From an uncultured Candidatus Saccharibacteria bacterium (GTDB lineage: Bacteria > Patescibacteriota > CAZHWT01), in the NCBI GenBank assembly GCA_964597145.1, contig CAZQWH010000001.1, forward strand, positions 166,441 to 230,440: DNA of 64,000 nucleotides, written 5' to 3'. Positions 59,929 to 64,000 of the stretch are shown piece after piece. Numbering within the stretch: the stretch's first letter is position 1; each line of letters starts with the position of its first letter. Both the position numbers and the translations under genes were made by a program. The notes beneath the pieces were generated by a model. It did no database searches, was not told the DNA's origin, and worked only from the letters and a program-made list of their open reading frames with translations.

Positions 59929-60573
59929 ATGTCAAAAGTAGTCGCTAACATATCAATGTCACTGGACGGCTTTATCGCCGGGCCCAATCCGACCCTCGAA
60001 GAGCCACTGGGTCAGCGTGGTGAAGAGCTACATGAATGGGTAGTCAAGTTGGCCTCTTGGCGTCAAGCTCATGGTATATCTGGTGGTGAGACGGGGCCCG
60101 ACAACGATATTATGGAGGCGTCGCAAGAGAATGTGGGGGCCGTTATTATGGGGCGCCGGATGTATAGTGGTGGTGAAGGTTCATGGGCAGATGATCCAAA
60201 CCCTGATGGTTGGTGGGGTGATACGCCACCATTTCATGCTCCGGTCTTTGTTCTGACTCACCACCAGCGAGAAACTGTGACCAAAGAAGGTGGCACTTCC
60301 TTTATCTTTGTGACCGATGGGATTGCCAGTGCCTTGGCTCAAGCCAAAGAAGCCGCTGGTGATAAGGATATCTCGATAGCCGGTGGGGCTAGTGTCATCC
60401 AGCAATGCATGAAAACGGGTCAAGTAGATGAGTTGCACATTCATCTGGCGCCGATCTTACTGGGCAGCGGCACACCTTTGCTGGTTGATCTGGGAGAGGC
60501 TAAGTTGGAGAAAATTGAGGCTATTGATGCTTCGCCTTATGTTACTCACCTCAAATTTCGGATAAAAAAGTAG
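59929..60573 (+). CDS. Dihydrofolate reductase / RibD C-terminal family protein
   Basis: SMSLDGFIAGP, GAVIMGRR, PVFVLTH, IAGGA, VDEL...P.LLG.G. Confidence 0.9.
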   Translation: MSKVVANISMSLDGFIAGPNPTLEEPLGQRGEELHEWVVKLASWRQAHGISGGETGPDNDIMEASQENVGAVIMGRRMYSGGEGSWADDPNPDGWWGDTPPFHAPVFVLTHHQRETVTKEGGTSFIFVTDGIASALAQAKEAAGDKDISIAGGASVIQQCMKTGQVDELHIHLAPILLGSGTPLLVDLGEAKLEKIEAIDASPYVTHLKFRIKK

Positions 60574-60626
60574 TTCGCAAACTCAAACACAGTAGATAGA
60601 TAGTTCTAACTAGGCTTACTTTTTTA

Positions 60627-60978
60627 GGTCATTGCTGCGCTGCTTTGCTCTCCGTAGGGTCAGGCAGGAATCAACGACTATAACAACACCCCAGCGCCCG
60701 GATTACAGCTTTCGCCGGAATGATCTAGGAAACTACGTCATTGCGAGGGAGTATTAACGACCGCGGCAATCTTGTAGGGCCTGGTAGATTACTTCCTGAC
60801 CTTATACAGGACGGGTGGACAGTTTTACTCGCAATAACGACTCACATCCACGCATTGCGACCCCTTCTTCGTTTGACGCTGAGACCCTATCACTTCGTTC
60901 TCTTCGAGCTATTCGACAAGCTTCATAGTCATGACCTGAGCTCACTGTCGAAGGATCAGAGCCGAAGGCCAGGATGAC
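60627..60978. repeat. Cluster of nested REP-like palindromes
   Basis: GTCATTGCGAG...GCAATCT / AGATTAC...CTCGCAATAAC at 60737-60838, and a reversed GTCATCCTGGCCTTCGGCTCTGA... at 60880-60978. Confidence 0.7.
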
Positions 60979-61013
60979 AGAACCATATTGATATACATGC
61001 TATCGTAAATTAT

Positions 61014-61056
61014 CTGAGTTATTTTATATTAATTATATAATAAATTATATAATTAA
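61014..61056 (+). repeat. Dispersed AT-rich palindromic element, copy 5 (between convergent genes)
   Basis: CTGAGTTA at 61014; TTAATTATATAAT-AA-ATTATATAATTAA at 61029-61056. Confidence 0.9.
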
Positions 61057-61287
61057 TTTTTTACAAATCTGGCTCCTATCCGTAGAGGATTTTTTGCTCC
61101 TAACATTGGACTAACCTTGATAGGGTGTTGGTGCTCTTAGGTGGTAGGTGAAGGTTGCTTGAAAAAAATAATACGAAAAAAATCAGGCTATAAAAAACTC
61201 AAGTCGAAGAAATGACTTCGATGAGGCCGAGTTTGGTACGTAAGGTAATGCAAAGCTCGCAAAATTAGTGCCATACATTCTAAGGAT

Positions 61288-61671
61288 TTAGGTGACAATC
61301 GAGTAAACCTGGACCGAATTAATTTGAGCCTGTTTACCAAAGCTATTGAAGGTGTAGAAGTTGCCAAACTCCACCATACCACCATCGGCAAATTTAAGCA
61401 CGCCATTGGCGGCTGCCTGGTTGCCATGGGTAATGATGGAATGGATAATTAATTCGGTGACGTGTGAGCGGTTAGCATCTTGGGTTAAAAGAGCTTCAAC
61501 CTGGTCCCTACCAGCAGCACGTTGGTGACCATAAATGTTAAGTTTGATGTCGTCGCTGACCATGGCCACAACAGCCCGGATATCAGCCTGGGCATTAGCC
61601 ACACAAAAATCGTAGATATAGCGCTTTTTAGGCGCATTACCACAATCTAGCCCAGAGGTAACCGTAATCAT
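61288..61671 (-). CDS. NTF2/SnoaL-like protein
   Basis: DCGNAPKK, I.THG..AA.NG; likely ATG at 61671. Confidence 0.75.
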   Translation of the reverse strand: MITVTSGLDCGNAPKKRYIYDFCVANAQADIRAVVAMVSDDIKLNIYGHQRAAGRDQVEALLTQDANRSHVTELIIHSIITHGNQAAANGVLKFADGGMVEFGNFYTFNSFGKQAQINSVQVYSIVT

Positions 61672-61966
61672 ATTCACATCATACACTGTCCTACCACTAG
61701 TGTCATTCATATAATTTATTAGTTTAGGTTTCGGGGTGTAAGAGTAGGCACTATAAAAATTGCTGTAAACAAAAATAACCAACACCTCCGCATAGCGCTC
61801 CACGAATAAGCATCTGGCAGGCTAAGCTCTATCAAGTCTGAGGAAAAATAATTGAGTAATATAGCATCCAAAGAGGTTAAATGGAGTATATGGAATACAA
61901 GGTATCCCAGATTAGAGTGGTGTGGTCAAGAAATAAGCTTAATATTTGGTCTGATATAATGCCGGT

Positions 61967-62832
61967 GTGCATTATTTGTTGGCAGCTGTTCTCTCTAACC
62001 TTTCGTACGCTATAGCAGACAATACAAATGGCGTGGTGGCGCAGAAAAATAAACCGCTATCTGTTGCTATATGGGCTGCAATATTTGCAGTAGTGATATT
62101 TTTTATCCCCTTGGTCATATTTTTTCAACATGAAATTGCGAGGTTAACCTTTGAAAGTGTCTTGTGGATTCTGGGCACAGGAGTGTTGGTTGCTCTGGGG
62201 TATCTTTGCTTCATTAGTGGTATGAATAAAGGGAGCGTGACGTTAACCGGGGTAATTGGAGGCTCTTTCCCTGCAGTCACAACGGTGATTGCACTGCTGT
62301 TGTTCCAAGAACAGGTTTCTCTATTTCAAATATTGGCTATCCTGGTGATAATTTTGGGTATTATTTTATCTTCGATGCAAGGCAATCCTTCTACATTACT
62401 GAGGGATATAAAATCTCCATCCCTTCTATTCGCACTTGGAGCCTTCTTTTTGTGGGGTTTGTATTTTGCGTTAATTCGAATTCCCGTGGAGCAGGTTGGT
62501 TGGTTCCTGCCACAATATGGATCGAGTGTTATAGGCATTCCATTATACATTCTTATTGCTCAACTATCTGGTGAAAGCAGGTGATGTCAAAGCCCCAATT
62601 GCCAATTATAATCGCGGTCGCATCTTCTTTGCAGGTAGCTGGCAGTATGCTGTTTAATTACGCTATTAGCCAGGGTCCAACCACAATTGTAGCTCCAATT
62701 GCCGGAAGTTCGCCGGCGGTTTTTGTTGTTATTGCTCATTTTATCTTTAAAGAGCGCTTAAATACCTACCAAAATGTCGGCATCATAACGGCATTGGCCG
62801 GTATCATTGGATTGTCATTGCTGAGCGCTTAA
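61967..62832 (+). pseudogene. EamA/DMT transporter split by a frameshift (61967-62584 and 62581-62832)
   Basis: The two ORFs together give the two EamA repeats (G.V.....I.GSFPAVT..F.E; IVAPIAGSSP...KERL). Confidence 0.7.
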
Positions 62833-63013
62833 AGCGGACCGCTGAAAGAGAAATATTTGTAAGCTCATTTTATTCTATTCGTTAATTGCGAATAACCCGA
62901 CGTTGCCAGGGATGTCGACATCCGATGTCGAAAGTTTCACCTAATTTCTGGTTTTGGCTATGATGCTATAATTGACCCTTGTTGAATGGCACTGAGATAA
63001 AGGAGTGGAGCTG

Positions 63014-63313
63014 ATGGCACTGTCGATTTCGGTTCGAGTCAATGTGCGTGGCGAGTGGCGGGCGATTGCCGAGGTTTCCCTGAAATGTGAGGTATGCGGT
63101 ACGACTTACAGCAATCTAAATGAACAGCCCATTACCGGGGCTTATGATTTTTTAACGCATAGAATTGTATGGGATGAGGAGGTATTGAAAGATTTGAGAG
63201 AGAACTCAAAGCCTGAAGGATGGACTAGCCAGGGGAAATCAAAAATATTTTCTGGTGAAGGACATCTGACTTCATGGACAGAGTGGTACTGTCCTGAGTG
63301 TTCATCGAAATAA
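63014..63313 (+). CDS. Small CxxC...CxxC (zinc-ribbon-like) protein
   Basis: CEVC and CPEC; AAGGAG RBS; terminator at 63331-63363. Confidence 0.6.
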   Translation: MALSISVRVNVRGEWRAIAEVSLKCEVCGTTYSNLNEQPITGAYDFLTHRIVWDEEVLKDLRENSKPEGWTSQGKSKIFSGEGHLTSWTEWYCPECSSK

Positions 63314-63425
63314 GGTAAATCTCAAACTGCAATGGCGCGACTCTTTATAGTCGCGCTATTTTCAATTTCGTTGGTAGTGTTTAATGTATTGATTGGATTA
63401 GTGCATCTATGATTCTAGATTTTTC

Positions 63426-63941
63426 TTACTTGGTAGTTATCCCAGTATCCGTGTCTGGATGATTGTGCAATATACTCTGGATAAATGCGCCAAATGTTGT
63501 TCCGGTAACAGCGTGAAACAAGATTAAAACAAGCGCATAGGTTGGCCAACCGCCAGTCTGCTGTGGAGTATAGTTCACAAAGTAAATAGTATCACTAACC
63601 CAGATATACCCTTCCCAGGGGTTCTCAATAATCGCTGGTAGGGGAGCATATGTAATCAATACTTCGACGCATACCACCCAGATTATAAAAAGCAATGGAA
63701 CAATGAGCGCTAGTTGCTTCCAATTCTTTCGAAATAACCATGCATACGCAGCCACCCACAGAAAGAAAGACAAGCCAACACGGAAGGCACTTAGGGCAGG
63801 GGTAGGCGCGCAATTCTGTATGTAGCATTCTGTAAAATAATCACCTATAGGTGTGGTTATCTCACTTGCTCCCCAGATTACATTGAGTCCAATTAAGATC
63901 GGCAAGGTGATAATAAAAATTAAATGTCGAAGATGCGACAT
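63426..63941 (-). CDS. Membrane hypothetical protein
   Basis: Four hydrophobic segments. Confidence 0.65.
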   Translation of the reverse strand: MSHLRHLIFIITLPILIGLNVIWGASEITTPIGDYFTECYIQNCAPTPALSAFRVGLSFFLWVAAYAWLFRKNWKQLALIVPLLFIIWVVCVEVLITYAPLPAIIENPWEGYIWVSDTIYFVNYTPQQTGGWPTYALVLILFHAVTGTTFGAFIQSILHNHPDTDTGITTK

Positions 63942-64000
63942 GACTGAGGTGTGATAGATAGATTTATTTAGCTGCCTAAATTGGTAAAAGTACCCACTGA

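Noticed and set aside
11763-61056. AT-rich element as a CRISPR repeat, canonical dif site or attC
   Set aside because: Copies are kilobases apart with no spacers or cas genes; they lack the XerD arm TTATGTTAAAT and the RYYYAAC/GTTRRRY ends
387-63828. Numerous short antisense or overlapping ORFs in the track
   Set aside because: They lie opposite or within well-supported genes and show no recognisable motifs

Overview
64 kb of a small-genome bacterium, most likely Patescibacteria/CPR (Microgenomates-like; inferred from gene content, the archaeal-type AspRS and the compact RNase P RNA), using the standard genetic code. The first ~49 kb is mostly housekeeping (end of rpsD-rpoA-rplQ-rplM-rpsI, recA, sppA, recX-rny-ymdB, HU, miaA, YifB/ComM, rnpB, secD/secF, recJ, rel, aspS, gltX, tRNA-Pro, tRNA-Gln) with accessory genes interspersed. 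From 49 to 64 kb is an accessory region of short stand-alone genes. The strongest unexplained signal is a dispersed, polarised AT-rich DNA element: a C(T/A)GAG(T/A)TA box starting exactly 18 bp before ATTATATAAT-NN-ATTATATAATTAA, usually followed by (A/G)AGTATC. It occurs in five full copies, two of them between convergent genes, and a degenerate sixth core sits on the promoter of a small orphan AbrB-family gene. Other notable signals: both tRNAs are followed by a 3'-end duplicate whose T-arm is split by a ~80-nt structured insert; a ~250-nt candidate structured ncRNA with a kissing-loop motif; a Y1/RAYT-type transposase with 26-bp flanking inverted repeats; 7-bp-period repeats, some inserted in frame in recJ and miaA; and two probable ATA start codons. 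All calls were made by eye from the sequence and ORF track; no database searches were run.
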